Shown one piece after another: positions 43,865 to 53,514 of a DNA stretch of 64,000 bases; within the stretch, counting starts at the first letter, position 1, and each line of letters begins with the position of its first letter. Origin of the DNA: Bacteriovorax stolpii (GTDB lineage: Bacteria > Bdellovibrionota > UBA1018); assembly GCA_945860415.1 (NCBI GenBank), contig CAMAQA010000002.1:10193-74192 (forward strand), read 5' to 3'. The notes below the pieces were generated by a model that was given only the letters and a program-made list of their open reading frames with translations, made no database searches and was not told where the DNA came from. The position numbers were made by a program, and so were the translations under genes.

Positions 43865-45265
43865 TTAGAGCTCCAAGGTCAGGGTTGCGCCACCGCCCCA
43901 GAGGCGGCCTCCGATCGAGTAGCCCGGGGCGCCGATTTTGGTCTCGGCGAGATCTCCGGTCTCATCTCCTGCGGTCTTGACCACGGATTGGTTCACGAGG
44001 TGCTGGTAGGAGGCGTGAAAATCCAGCTGCGCTGGAGTGTCCCATCCCAGGAAGGTGGGAAAGCGACGGCCCCAGCCTGCAGAAATGCTGTGCCTGCTCG
44101 GGTCGAGGTAGTTTCCGGAGTCGGAGGGCAGGCTGCGGAACATGGAAGGTCTGTAGAAGTACCCGATACGGAGGGTCGAGGCATCAAACGAAATTTCCTC
44201 GGCAATTCGAGGCGTGACGATGTTTCGCAGCGACATGCCCGGAAGTACGCTCGGGTTGACGATCAGGCCGGTGCAGCCTGTTCCCGTGCAGTTTTCGATC
44301 GGATCGGTGATCTCCAGTGCCGGACGCTTGAAGTTCGCCCAGTTCTGAAAGTCGGCCTGAAGGTAGAGGCGTCCACGGGGAGAATGCTTCCAGCTGAAGC
44401 CGGTCTCGAGCGTCAGGGGATCGTAAAAGAGCGCGGAGTTCGCGCCGAAGCGGATGTCGAGCGCGGCGAGATCACCGAAGGCGCGTGCGCTCGAATTGAA
44501 GTTGAGTGTCGCCTTCGCATCGTGCGTGGTTCGGAGCACTTGTCCGAAGGACCATGCTCCCGCTTCTTCCTGCGGCGTTTCGGAGAGTAGGAGCCAAGCG
44601 AGGTTGGGCGAGGTCTTGGGCTTCAGGCTCGCCGACACTCGCATCGAGCTTGTTGTTCCGGCGGCAGTCTGCAGGAACGCATTTCCAGTTGCCGTGATGG
44701 CGTAGCCAATGTGCAGGCCCAGGCCGAGCGACAGCCTCGGGGTGATCTTGGCGGCAAGGCCGGCTTCCAGCAGAGGACGCTGAGTGCGCGAGCGATACAG
44801 CACGTATTCGGGAATGTAAGGCTCGCCCGTGTCGATCGCACCGAGCGGATCGAAGGGCGTGAAGATCGTGAGGCCCGCGCTCAGGTGATACCAGTCCTGG
44901 GCGAGCAGGGCTGCGGCACCAATGGTCTGACCCAGCACCGATCGGTAGTCATCCACCACGTTTCCGGTACGAGTCTGGTCGGAGGTGAACTGATTCTCGA
45001 TCGTGACTCCCTCGATCGGCGTGAACGTCGGATCCATGAAAAGCCAGCCGTAGCTGAGTCGGAGCTTCTTTCCGGCAGCTTCGGTCAGGCCTGCCGGATT
45101 GGAATACGCGGAATAGGCATCAAAGCCCCAGGCTGCACCTGCGCCGGCGAGTCCTGCCGTGCGAGAGCCAAAGCCAAAACCGCCGACATCGGCTCGAGCG
45201 GGCTGGGCGAAGGCGAGTGCCGCGAGGGCGGCCCCCAGCGAGAGCGTCAACTTTTTGAATTTCAC
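43865..45265 (-). CDS. FadL/OmpP1-type outer-membrane transport protein
   Basis: Signal peptide, an N-terminal GFGxGSRxAGLAGAG hatch-like segment, and a beta-barrel ending in an aromatic/Leu strand. Confidence 0.65.
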   Translation of the reverse strand: MKFKKLTLSLGAALAALAFAQPARADVGGFGFGSRTAGLAGAGAAWGFDAYSAYSNPAGLTEAAGKKLRLSYGWLFMDPTFTPIEGVTIENQFTSDQTRTGNVVDDYRSVLGQTIGAAALLAQDWYHLSAGLTIFTPFDPLGAIDTGEPYIPEYVLYRSRTQRPLLEAGLAAKITPRLSLGLGLHIGYAITATGNAFLQTAAGTTSSMRVSASLKPKTSPNLAWLLLSETPQEEAGAWSFGQVLRTTHDAKATLNFNSSARAFGDLAALDIRFGANSALFYDPLTLETGFSWKHSPRGRLYLQADFQNWANFKRPALEITDPIENCTGTGCTGLIVNPSVLPGMSLRNIVTPRIAEEISFDASTLRIGYFYRPSMFRSLPSDSGNYLDPSRHSISAGWGRRFPTFLGWDTPAQLDFHASYQHLVNQSVVKTAGDETGDLAETKIGAPGYSIGGRLWGGGATLTLEL

Positions 45266-45357
45266 AGCTCGGTTTTAGCCACAGACCCCGGGCACTGTCG
45301 AGCAGAGCTTCTCGTCGGAAAGCGGTAGTGAGAGACTAGCGGAGAGGGGCGTGGCGA

Positions 45358-45912
45358 ATGAAAAGAGCGTGGCTGATCCTGGGGCTGCTGATGTGCGTGC
45401 CTGCCCGTGCGGCAGTGTCGATGAAGGACGTTCGGATCCAGATTGAGCCGGTGGTGGGCTACGAAAAGGCTTTCAAAACCATACCCAGCCCGCATACGAA
45501 CCTTCGGTTTCTGTACGGCCTGCGTGCAGTGGCGGGTTATTCCATTCTTTCAGGCGAGCTCGAGGCCACTCGCGCCAGCGACACCGAGAGCTATCCCGCC
45601 GATCTCCGAACCATCGCCGAGACCTCTGAGAAGGTGAAGCTGGGACTTCGAAGCTCGATCGACCGCTCTTTCGGGTCTGCATTTTTTCGGGCGGGGGGAC
45701 AGGCGCAGCGGCTCACGCGGACGGACACGCTCGTGGCAATTGCCACCACCGTCCAGGATCCGATTGCGATCGATCCTTATGCCGGACTCGGTGTGGAGCT
45801 GGGGGGCAGGATGATTCGAGCCACTGGGGCTGCGACGGTGGTCTTTCGAAATCTGTCAGACTGGCGCCAGAACGACCTCGAAACGACCTTCGGCCTGAAG
45901 ATCGGATACTGA
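45358..45912 (+). CDS. small outer-membrane beta-barrel protein
   Basis: Signal peptide, alternating amphipathic strands and a C-terminal …FGLKIGY. Confidence 0.5.
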   Translation: MKRAWLILGLLMCVPARAAVSMKDVRIQIEPVVGYEKAFKTIPSPHTNLRFLYGLRAVAGYSILSGELEATRASDTESYPADLRTIAETSEKVKLGLRSSIDRSFGSAFFRAGGQAQRLTRTDTLVAIATTVQDPIAIDPYAGLGVELGGRMIRATGAATVVFRNLSDWRQNDLETTFGLKIGY

Positions 45913-45917
45913 TCGGC

Positions 45918-46343
45918 CTAATCCGAGCGCACCTTTCCGCGCAGGCTCTTTTTCTGCGAGTGGACCCGCTTGGATCCTTCACGCCTCTTCTGGCTTCCAT
46001 GCGTCGGTTTCGTGGCCTTTCGTTTTTTCGGCAGCACGATGGCATCGGCGAGAATGGATCGAAGCTTCTCAAGGCAGTCGTCGCGATTTCGGCCCTGGTC
46101 TCGATGCAGGTCGCTCGTCACGATGAGATCACCCTCGGTGGTCAGCCGCGAGCCAATCTTCTGGATCACCCGTTCGCGAAAGTGCGACGGAATGCTCGGG
46201 CTCGAGAGTGCATTCCACCGGAGCTGGCACTTGCTGTTGACCTTGTTCACGTTCTGGCCGCCGGGGCCGGAGCTCCTGACATAGCTCAGCTCGAGCTCAT
46301 GAAGGGGAATTCGAAAGAAGGGCGAGATGATCAGGGCTGACAC
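45918..46343 (-). CDS. arfB: alternative ribosome-rescue factor ArfB (peptidyl-tRNA hydrolase)
   Basis: GPGGQNVNKV (GGQ) motif and a basic C-terminal tail. A GTG start at 46343 gives the expected length of about 141 aa. Confidence 0.8.
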   Translation of the reverse strand: MSALIISPFFRIPLHELELSYVRSSGPGGQNVNKVNSKCQLRWNALSSPSIPSHFRERVIQKIGSRLTTEGDLIVTSDLHRDQGRNRDDCLEKLRSILADAIVLPKKRKATKPTHGSQKRREGSKRVHSQKKSLRGKVRSD

Positions 46344-46435
46344 GGGCCTGACTCTCCCGCTGTGGGCTGGCGCTTGCAATCGAAACCAACGGAATCCTGA
46401 CAATTCGGCCCAGGGGGCCATGTTAGGCCAGCGCC

Positions 46436-47626
46436 ATGAAAGTTCACTGGAAAGCCATCCTCCTGTCGATCCTGCTCGGAGCAGGGCCAGCTGTCCATGC
46501 AGCTGATGCTCCCGCAAAGCCGTGGTACGAGAAGCTCTCGCTGCGCGGCTACACGCAGGTTCGTTACAACCGCCTTCTCGAGACCAATCCGAAGCTCAAG
46601 TGCGAGCAGTGCGACAAAAGTTGGGGTGAGAGTGGCTCCTTTTTTGTGAGGCGCGCCCGAATCATTCTCTCCGGCGACGTGCATGATCGAGTCTTCGTCT
46701 ACATTCAGCCCGATTTTGCCTCCGAGGCCAGCAGTACTTCGAACCTGCACCTGCTTCAGGTTCGCGACCTCTTTTTCGATCTCGCGCTGACCTCCAGCCG
46801 CGAGTACCGTCTGCGCTTCGGTCAGAGCAAGCTTCCCTTTGGGTGGGAGAACCTGCAGTCGAGCTCGAACCGGCTGATGCTGGATCGCGCCGATGCGATC
46901 AACAGCGCCGCACCGACCGAGCGCGACCTCGGCGTGGCGTTCTACTGGGCTCCCTCAGAAATTCGAAAGCGCTTCAAGACGCTGGTCGACAGCGGACTCA
47001 AGGGCTCGGGCGACTACGGTGTTTTCGGCCTGGGCGCCTTCAACGGCCAGTCGGCAAACAAGCCCGAGGCCAATGACAATCGGATGATGGTAGCGCGTCT
47101 ATCGTATCCCTTCCTGTTCGAATCGGGCCAGTTCCTCGAGCTGGGCGCGCAGGCCTATGGACAGCAGTTCGTCGTGTCGAGCGTCACTTCGGGGGTCACG
47201 GGTAATCGCAACCAGCGCGACGCTCGAGGAGCTCTCAGCGCCATCTGGTACCCGCAGCCCTTCGGGCTCCAGGCGGAATGGACCACGGGCGTGGGGCCTG
47301 CTTATGACTCCGCGGCAAATGCGATCACGAACCGGAACCTCTCCGGAGGATACGTTTCGGCGATGTGGAGGCATGTCTCGGATGAATCCGGCTCCGTGAC
47401 TCCGTTTGTTCGGTACCAAAGGTACGAGGGCGGAAAGAAACACGAGCTGGATGCTCGGTACTACGATGTCAAGGATTGGGAATTCGGCGTCGAGTGGCAG
47501 CCGATTCCCGCATTCGAACTCACGGCCGACTACACGATGTCGGATCGCCTCACCCGCGACGCCGCGAAGCCGAACAATGACCAGAGCGGAAACCTGCTAC
47601 GGCTCCAGGTCCAGTTCAATTATTGA
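46436..47626 (+). CDS. phosphate-selective porin O/P family protein
   Basis: Signal peptide. KLSLRGYTQVRYN is typical of the family, as is the C-terminal LRLQVQFNY. Confidence 0.7.
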   Translation: MKVHWKAILLSILLGAGPAVHAADAPAKPWYEKLSLRGYTQVRYNRLLETNPKLKCEQCDKSWGESGSFFVRRARIILSGDVHDRVFVYIQPDFASEASSTSNLHLLQVRDLFFDLALTSSREYRLRFGQSKLPFGWENLQSSSNRLMLDRADAINSAAPTERDLGVAFYWAPSEIRKRFKTLVDSGLKGSGDYGVFGLGAFNGQSANKPEANDNRMMVARLSYPFLFESGQFLELGAQAYGQQFVVSSVTSGVTGNRNQRDARGALSAIWYPQPFGLQAEWTTGVGPAYDSAANAITNRNLSGGYVSAMWRHVSDESGSVTPFVRYQRYEGGKKHELDARYYDVKDWEFGVEWQPIPAFELTADYTMSDRLTRDAAKPNNDQSGNLLRLQVQFNY

Positions 47627-47630
47627 TCAA

Positions 47631-48476
47631 TTATTTTTTCCAGAGGGCCGCGAAAAAGCGATCCCACTGTTCCCACGTCAATGCCTCGGCTCGAAGCGTC
47701 GGGTCGATTCCGGCAGGCTCAAGAGCCTGTTTGAATTGAGGCACGGCAGCGAGTCCTGCACGGAGCATCTTCCGCCGATGCGCAAACGAGGCGCGCAGGA
47801 GCTTGTCCCAGAGCTTCATCGCTTCGGCATTTCCGGCAGGCATGGATGCCAGGCGCGGAGTTTTTCTCGGAATGAGCAGCACGACTTCGGAGTCCACATC
47901 GGGCGGTGGCTGGAACGCTCCTGGAGGAACGGACGCCACCTTCGAAACATCCCAGAAGTTCTGGATCCAGAGCGAGAGGCTGCCCCAGGCCTTGGTGCCG
48001 GTCTCGGCCCGAAGCCGCTGGGCAACCTCGGCCTGGAACATCAGGATCATGAACGGAATGCGATCCGGATGCTCGGCAAGGCGAAGCAGGATCGCGGTGC
48101 CCGATGCATAGGGAAGATTCGACAGCACTCCGAGTGGAGGCGAGGCCAGCCATTCGCTCTCGGGCACTTCCAGGAAATCGGCGTCCCAGACGCGAACCAC
48201 TCCTTTCCAGTGATCCGCCCACTTGCGATCCATCTCGGCAACACCGAAGCGAACCTGGTGAAGATCGGCAAGCTTTCGGATCATCGGTTCGGTGAGTGCT
48301 CCGGCGCCCGGGCCCACTTCGAGCAGGCTCTTGCAGCCGCTCTCCTTCAGCTTCTCCATGCAGAGATCGGTCAGCCGCTCGCACAGAGCCATGTCCTTGA
48401 GAAAATGTTGTCCGAAGGCTTTTCTTCTGGGGTGTGCAGGCATGGGTTCAGTCTGCGGCCGACGCTTTTGCGGCAA
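47631..48476 (-). CDS. rsmA: 16S rRNA (adenine1518/1519-N6)-dimethyltransferase
   Basis: FGQHFL and SAM-binding LEVGPGAGALT motifs. An alternative ATG at 48443 avoids overlap with tsaD. Confidence 0.85.
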   Translation of the reverse strand: MPQKRRPQTEPMPAHPRRKAFGQHFLKDMALCERLTDLCMEKLKESGCKSLLEVGPGAGALTEPMIRKLADLHQVRFGVAEMDRKWADHWKGVVRVWDADFLEVPESEWLASPPLGVLSNLPYASGTAILLRLAEHPDRIPFMILMFQAEVAQRLRAETGTKAWGSLSLWIQNFWDVSKVASVPPGAFQPPPDVDSEVVLLIPRKTPRLASMPAGNAEAMKLWDKLLRASFAHRRKMLRAGLAAVPQFKQALEPAGIDPTLRAEALTWEQWDRFFAALWKK

Positions 48477-49536
48477 CGGCCAGCATGTCCTTTCCGGTGA
48501 GGAAGTGTCCCTGGGCGAAACGGAACGCCCCGGCGCCCGCGATCATCGCGGCGTTGTCGGTGCAGTAGTCTTTGAGCGGAAAGCTCGGCTCGATTTCAAG
48601 TCCCCACGACTTCCATTCCGAGGCAAGGCGCGAGCGCAGGCGAGAGTTGGCCGCCACTCCACCGACGATTGCTGCAGATTTGCAGCCGAATCGGCGCGCA
48701 GCGAGCTTCATTTTCCGGAGAATCGCATCGACGATCGCTTCCTGGGTCGAGGCGCAGAGGTCCGGCAGTCGTGCCTGAAGCTCCTGCTGCGGAACCTTCT
48801 TGATCTCGAGTGCAACGGCCGTTTTGAGTCCGCTGAAGGAAAAATCCAGCACGTCCTTCTGCGGAAGCGCGCGTGGAAAGTCGAAGGCCGCAGGATTTCC
48901 TCCCCGCTGCGCCGTGCGGTCGATCCACACGCCACCGGGATACGGAAAGCCCATGAGCTTGGCCGTCTTGTCGAATGCTTCGCCGGCGGCATCATCCCGA
49001 GAACGTCCGACAAGCGCAGTGGAAAGAAAGGGCAGAGGCCATTTCGCGGGTTCGTCGTGGACGACGTAAAGATTGGTGTGCCCTCCCGAGATCACGGCTG
49101 CAAGCATGGGCAGATGCTGGATTGCAGGCTCGTCGCGATCGAGGAAGAGGCTCGAGAGATGCCCTTCGAGATGATGAACAGGGATGAGCGGTTTCTGGAG
49201 CGCGAAGGCCATGGCCTTGGCCGCAGTGACTCCAACCAGGAGCGCGCCGACCAGGCCTGGGCGCTGGGTGACGGCAATGGCGTCCACGGCAGGAGCGCTG
49301 ATTCCCGACTGTTTCAATGACTCTTCGATCATCGCGTTGATCGTCTCGAGATGATTTCTGGAGGCGATTTCCGGAACCACTCCACCATAGGGAGCGTGGA
49401 TCTGGACCTGCGAGAACGTGGCGACGCTCAGGACGTCCACACGCCTGCGATCGGACGACAGCCTGACTACCGAAGCGCTGCACTCATCGCAGGACGACTC
49501 GATTCCGAAGATCAGCTTTTCAGCGGACACGCTCAT
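48448..49536 (-). CDS. tsaD: tRNA N6-adenosine threonylcarbamoyltransferase
   Basis: GIESSCDE, HLEGH and SGGHT motifs of the Kae1/TsaD family. Confidence 0.9.
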   Translation of the reverse strand: MSVSAEKLIFGIESSCDECSASVVRLSSDRRRVDVLSVATFSQVQIHAPYGGVVPEIASRNHLETINAMIEESLKQSGISAPAVDAIAVTQRPGLVGALLVGVTAAKAMAFALQKPLIPVHHLEGHLSSLFLDRDEPAIQHLPMLAAVISGGHTNLYVVHDEPAKWPLPFLSTALVGRSRDDAAGEAFDKTAKLMGFPYPGGVWIDRTAQRGGNPAAFDFPRALPQKDVLDFSFSGLKTAVALEIKKVPQQELQARLPDLCASTQEAIVDAILRKMKLAARRFGCKSAAIVGGVAANSRLRSRLASEWKSWGLEIEPSFPLKDYCTDNAAMIAGAGAFRFAQGHFLTGKDMLAVAAKASAAD

Positions 49537-49550
49537 GAGGGGTTCTTTTG

Positions 49551-51107
49551 CTACTCGTCGCCTGCCGGGCAGGCCATTTTTTTCAGATTCGCGGAAACCT
49601 TCGCTTCATCGAGCTTCGGCTGACCATCCACGGTCAGGTACCACGCGGGGGCGCGTTCCGGTGAATGGCATTTCAGGCAGCTCTGCGCTGCCACGACCTT
49701 GGGCATGGTTTCGAGCCCAAAAGGATGGTCGCGTCCCGCGCCATGGCAGTTTTCGCACTGGACGGTGGCGTGCACGCGCGAGGCCTGGCGAAGCAGCTCG
49801 CGTGCGACCGTAGGCTTCGAGGTGCGGAGCTCGGCGATCCAGGATTCAAGCGCAGGCTTCTTCGGTGCCTTCGCCGGGTCTTTTGCGGATGGGTCCTGGT
49901 TCCACTCGACGAGCTGGTGGAGCCTGGAGAATCCTTCCGGGTCATTCAGCCCGACGGTGTGGCACGACAGGCACTCCAGGTTCTGATGCTGTCCGGCCTT
50001 CACGAGCGTGGCGTAGGCGGCGGCATGGGGAGTCTTGCGCCAGAAGTCGAACTGCTTGAAGTGGCAGTCCGCGCAGCGGGCGAAGGTCTGGAACTTCGGA
50101 GTTCCTTCCTTTTGGGCCGCCTGAACGATGGCTGAAATTTTCTTCTCTTCTTCGCGGTTGGCCTCGGCGATCTGCTCTTTCGTCAGGAGGACCAGCTTCT
50201 GGAGCTCGGAAGGCACCTGGTCTGCCGGAGGATCGAGGTCAGCATCCAGTGCCGGCATCTGGGATTCCGGGGGAGCCTTCAGCTCGATCGTTCCCACGGC
50301 CTGATTTCGAAAGCTGCACTGGTGGATGCTGGTTCGACGGGGTCCGTGCTCCACCGTGCGGGGCTGCTGCAGGTAGCTTTGTGAATGAGCGCCGATGATG
50401 AAGTCGATTCCAGGAATCGACTCCGCCAGCTTGAGGTCTTCGTCGAAACCCTGGTGTGTGAGGGCAACGAGCCAGTCGGCTTTTTTCCGAGCCTCGCGGA
50501 CCCATTTTTTCACCAGCGGTCCGAAATCGGTGGCCCGCAACTCAGGGGGCAGGCCGACGTTCCTGCCGACGATGCCGATCACTGCCACACGATGACGAAC
50601 TCCATCCGTGGAGCGGAGCTCAAAAATATGCTCGGAACGAAGCCAGCGCTTCCAGCCCGTGCGGGTCTTTTTTTCGAGGTTGGCTCCGAGCGCCATGGCG
50701 CCGCTTTCCGCAACGAGCTTGTCAAAGAAGGCCGTTCCGAGCGCAAAATCCTTTTCTCCGGGAACAAGTGCCCGCAGTCCGGTCAGCTTCAGAGCTCGGG
50801 CCAGTGCCAGCGATTGGATTTCCGTCTGGCGCTTCAGCGTTTCCGGAACTTCCTGGGTGGAGAAAAAGAGATCGCCAGCGTCGAGCTGGAGCAGCTGATC
50901 GCGGGTCCGTCCGGACAGGAGTGAGTCGAGGAGACGATCCTTCCGGACCATGCCTCCAGTCGGATTCGTTCGGCATCCGCAGGGCTCGATTTCGCCGAGC
51001 ACGTCGTTCGAGTGCACGATGATCGGGGCCTTGTCGGCAGCCATGGCCGTCGACAGCAGCAGCAGCCCGAGCGCTGCGCCAGCAAGAAACGGCCGTTGCC
51101 GGATCAT
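49551..51107 (-). CDS. metallophosphoesterase/5'-nucleotidase-like domain fused to a tetraheme c-type cytochrome domain
   Basis: Signal peptide from ATG 51107. N-terminal IIVHSNDVLGEIEPCGC. Four CxxCH motifs (CADCH, CLSCH, CENCH, CLKCH) in the C-terminal 200 aa. Confidence 0.7.
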   Translation of the reverse strand: MIRQRPFLAGAALGLLLLSTAMAADKAPIIVHSNDVLGEIEPCGCRTNPTGGMVRKDRLLDSLLSGRTRDQLLQLDAGDLFFSTQEVPETLKRQTEIQSLALARALKLTGLRALVPGEKDFALGTAFFDKLVAESGAMALGANLEKKTRTGWKRWLRSEHIFELRSTDGVRHRVAVIGIVGRNVGLPPELRATDFGPLVKKWVREARKKADWLVALTHQGFDEDLKLAESIPGIDFIIGAHSQSYLQQPRTVEHGPRRTSIHQCSFRNQAVGTIELKAPPESQMPALDADLDPPADQVPSELQKLVLLTKEQIAEANREEEKKISAIVQAAQKEGTPKFQTFARCADCHFKQFDFWRKTPHAAAYATLVKAGQHQNLECLSCHTVGLNDPEGFSRLHQLVEWNQDPSAKDPAKAPKKPALESWIAELRTSKPTVARELLRQASRVHATVQCENCHGAGRDHPFGLETMPKVVAAQSCLKCHSPERAPAWYLTVDGQPKLDEAKVSANLKKMACPAGDE

Positions 51108-51108
51108 G

Positions 51109-51912
51109 TCAGGCCTTGTCCTTCCTGGGCTTGGATTTGCCGGAAGATTTTCGCTCTGCCGCCTTTTTGGCTTCAGGAGATTTCGGAAAGCGATCCGCCA
51201 GCTCCTGGTAGAAGCCCCGGGCATCCTCTTCGAATCCCATCGCCTCGAACGACTGCGCGATTCGCAGGAGCGCAGAAGGGATGCGCTTGGACTTCGGAAA
51301 CTTCTCCTGGATCTTGGAGTACTCCACGATCGACGACTGATACTGCTTCATCAGGAAGTGGGATTCGCCCAGGAGCTGGAGTGCTTCTTCCATGGCCGGG
51401 CCCTTTTTTGGACGAGAAGCCAGGAACTGCGAGAAGGCCTCTGCGGCTGCTTCAAATTTGCCCGCATGGAAGAGCGCCTTGCCCTTTTCGAGCCCGCCTC
51501 CGGAAGCGGGAGATTCGGTTGCACCTCCAGCGGCAGGAGCCGCGGCGGTCGCTGGCATCGGCTTCTGGCCCTTGATGGCTTCGATCATGGCAAGCTGGGC
51601 CTTTTCCAGTTCCACGATGCGATCTTCGTACGCCTTGAGCTGCGGTGCCGTCGAGGACGCAGACTTTTCCATCTCGGCCTTGCCGCGTTCGAGTTCCTCG
51701 ATCCTGCCGCTCAGTCTGGCGATCTCAGCCTTGAGCTCGTCCACGAGGTATGACTCGGCCTGGGCTGAACGTGCGCCCTGGCTTGAGGGAGACTCGATGT
51801 CGAATGACTGGCTGTCGCGCATCATGGCGCGAGTGCGCAGGCAGGCGCTTTGAGAAACTGCAATGGAGGTCAAACAGGCGGCCAGAAGTGCTTGGTTCAT
51901 GATCCGTTTCAT
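51109..51912 (-). CDS. ybgF: Tol-Pal system protein YbgF/CpoB-like (coiled coil plus TPR)
   Basis: Signal peptide, a coiled-coil segment, and C-terminal TPR-like repeats (…ALLRIAQSFEAMGFEEDARGFYQEL…). Confidence 0.7.
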   Translation of the reverse strand: MKRIMNQALLAACLTSIAVSQSACLRTRAMMRDSQSFDIESPSSQGARSAQAESYLVDELKAEIARLSGRIEELERGKAEMEKSASSTAPQLKAYEDRIVELEKAQLAMIEAIKGQKPMPATAAAPAAGGATESPASGGGLEKGKALFHAGKFEAAAEAFSQFLASRPKKGPAMEEALQLLGESHFLMKQYQSSIVEYSKIQEKFPKSKRIPSALLRIAQSFEAMGFEEDARGFYQELADRFPKSPEAKKAAERKSSGKSKPRKDKA

Positions 51913-51945
51913 TGAAACGAATCATCTCACTCCAGCCTCATTGCA

Positions 51946-52389
51946 TCAAGAATTCGGAGGAGCGGGTTCAGCCGGGGCGGTCGGTGGATTGGCCGGCGTT
52001 GAATCGACGGCTGGCGGGTTGGAGGCGTCAGCGGGAGGTGCGGAGAGCGAGCTTCGGACTGCTCCTCCTCGAATACTCAGGAATTCGGCTTTTTCGGCAA
52101 GCTCACGGGCCTCGTTCGCATACTTCCGGGCACGGGCAAAATTCTTGTAGCGGTACTCCTGGCGGGCCTTGAAGAAGAGCTCTTCCGAGAGCCGGAAATA
52201 GTCGGTGGAATTCGTGTCGGCCTGGACCTCGCGTGCAGCCTTCAACGCTGCAGCCGCATCGGACATCTCCTGGATGGGACGTCGGGCAATGATCGAGCAC
52301 CCGGACCCCGCGACGAGGAGCAGAAAAAAAGCGATCCCTGCTTTCGCGGGGATCGCCTGATCAGTTTTGGAATCCAGCGTGTGATTCAA
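51946..52389 (-). CDS. lipoprotein, DUF4398-like
   Basis: Lipobox LVAGSGC. The helical region resembles DUF4398, judged by eye. Confidence 0.5.
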   Translation of the reverse strand: MNHTLDSKTDQAIPAKAGIAFFLLLVAGSGCSIIARRPIQEMSDAAAALKAAREVQADTNSTDYFRLSEELFFKARQEYRYKNFARARKYANEARELAEKAEFLSIRGGAVRSSLSAPPADASNPPAVDSTPANPPTAPAEPAPPNS

Positions 52390-52398
52390 GCCTGCGAA

Positions 52399-52899
52399 TC
52401 AGCGGGTGGTGATGACGAAATTGGCACGACGATTCCGGGCATGGGCTGCCTCGGTTTCAGCCGCATCCAGGAGGCGTTCCTTGCCATAGCTGATGGTGGT
52501 CACGCGATCACCGGAAATGCCCATGCCTTCGAGGTATTTCCGCACGGCATTCGCACGCTTTTCTCCGAGAGCGATGTTGTACTGAACGCCACCGCGGCTG
52601 TCGCAGTGTCCTTCGATCTGGACAGCGATGCTCGGCTTGTCCTTCAGGATCGAGGCGTTGTTCTTGAGGGATTCCTTGGCCTCAGGATCCAGGGCGAAGG
52701 AGTCGTACGGAAAGCGGATCGTGACCAGGCCCATGGCCTTGCCGTTGTCGGAGTCGCCCAGGGTCATGTCGCTCATGTCGGTTCCGGGGCTGATTTCATC
52801 CGCCTTCTGCTTCTTGGCGCAGCCAGTGGCCAGCGTTGCCGTCAGGGCGATGAGGGCGAGAGAAAGTGCGGTACGAAAAAATTTTTGGAGAGAGATCAT
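52399..52899 (-). CDS. pal: peptidoglycan-associated lipoprotein (OmpA-family)
   Basis: Lipobox LATGC from ATG 52899. OmpA-like C-terminal domain (…IEGHCDSRGGVQYNIALGEKRA…NRRANF). Confidence 0.85.
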   Translation of the reverse strand: MISLQKFFRTALSLALIALTATLATGCAKKQKADEISPGTDMSDMTLGDSDNGKAMGLVTIRFPYDSFALDPEAKESLKNNASILKDKPSIAVQIEGHCDSRGGVQYNIALGEKRANAVRKYLEGMGISGDRVTTISYGKERLLDAAETEAAHARNRRANFVITTR

Positions 52900-53082
52900 G
52901 TGTTCACCTCGAGTTTCTTCAAGATGAGGCAACTTTCTGGAAATTGCAAACATCTCGAGCGGTTCCGCGTGGAGCCTGAAGACCGGAATTCGCCGGAAAG
53001 TCCGGTTTCGGTCACGGCAACATCGCAGGAGCGGCAGATTTCAGGCACGGATCGCGCAACCTTCCGCCTCCAACAGGAGGTC

Positions 53083-53514
53083 ATGATGAGAGATGTGAAC
53101 AAGGTATTGCTAATTGGTCGATTGGGTGCGGATCCGGTGTCGAGAGAGACTCCTTCCGGAGTGGCGCTCACTCGTTTTTCCGTCGCCACGTCCATGCGAA
53201 AGCGGGGAGAGGCGCGGAAAGGCGAGAATGAGGGAGTGGGTGAGCGCGACGAGGACAAGGAGTCAACCGTTTGGCACCGAGTCGTGGCGTGGGGCAAGGA
53301 GGGAGAAGTGTGTGCGCGGTACCTGAAGAAGGGAGCTCCGGTCTTCATTGAAGGAAGGATTCGGCAGAACCGGTACATGACCAAGGAAGGTCAGACGAGG
53401 ACTGAGCTGGAGGTGCATGCGGACCGGGTCAGCTTCCTTCCATCAGGAGGAACTTCGGCGTGGTCTTCGCCTTCCGAGGCGATCGAAAGCGCCGCTGCAT
53501 CGATCCTGAACTGA
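53083..53514 (+). CDS. ssb: single-stranded DNA-binding protein, atypical (loop insertion, no acidic C-terminal tip)
   Basis: OB-fold motifs NKVLLIGRLGADP, TRFSVAT, WHRVVAWGK and FIEGRIR. RBS AGGAGG. ATG at 53083 or 53086. Confidence 0.8.
   Translation: MMRDVNKVLLIGRLGADPVSRETPSGVALTRFSVATSMRKRGEARKGENEGVGERDEDKESTVWHRVVAWGKEGEVCARYLKKGAPVFIEGRIRQNRYMTKEGQTRTELEVHADRVSFLPSGGTSAWSSPSEAIESAAASILN

Noticed and set aside
47406-48500. 364-aa plus-strand ORF, and the similar 55650-56729 ORF
   Set aside because: These overlap the porin 3' end and are antisense to rsmA or the SBP gene. No motifs.
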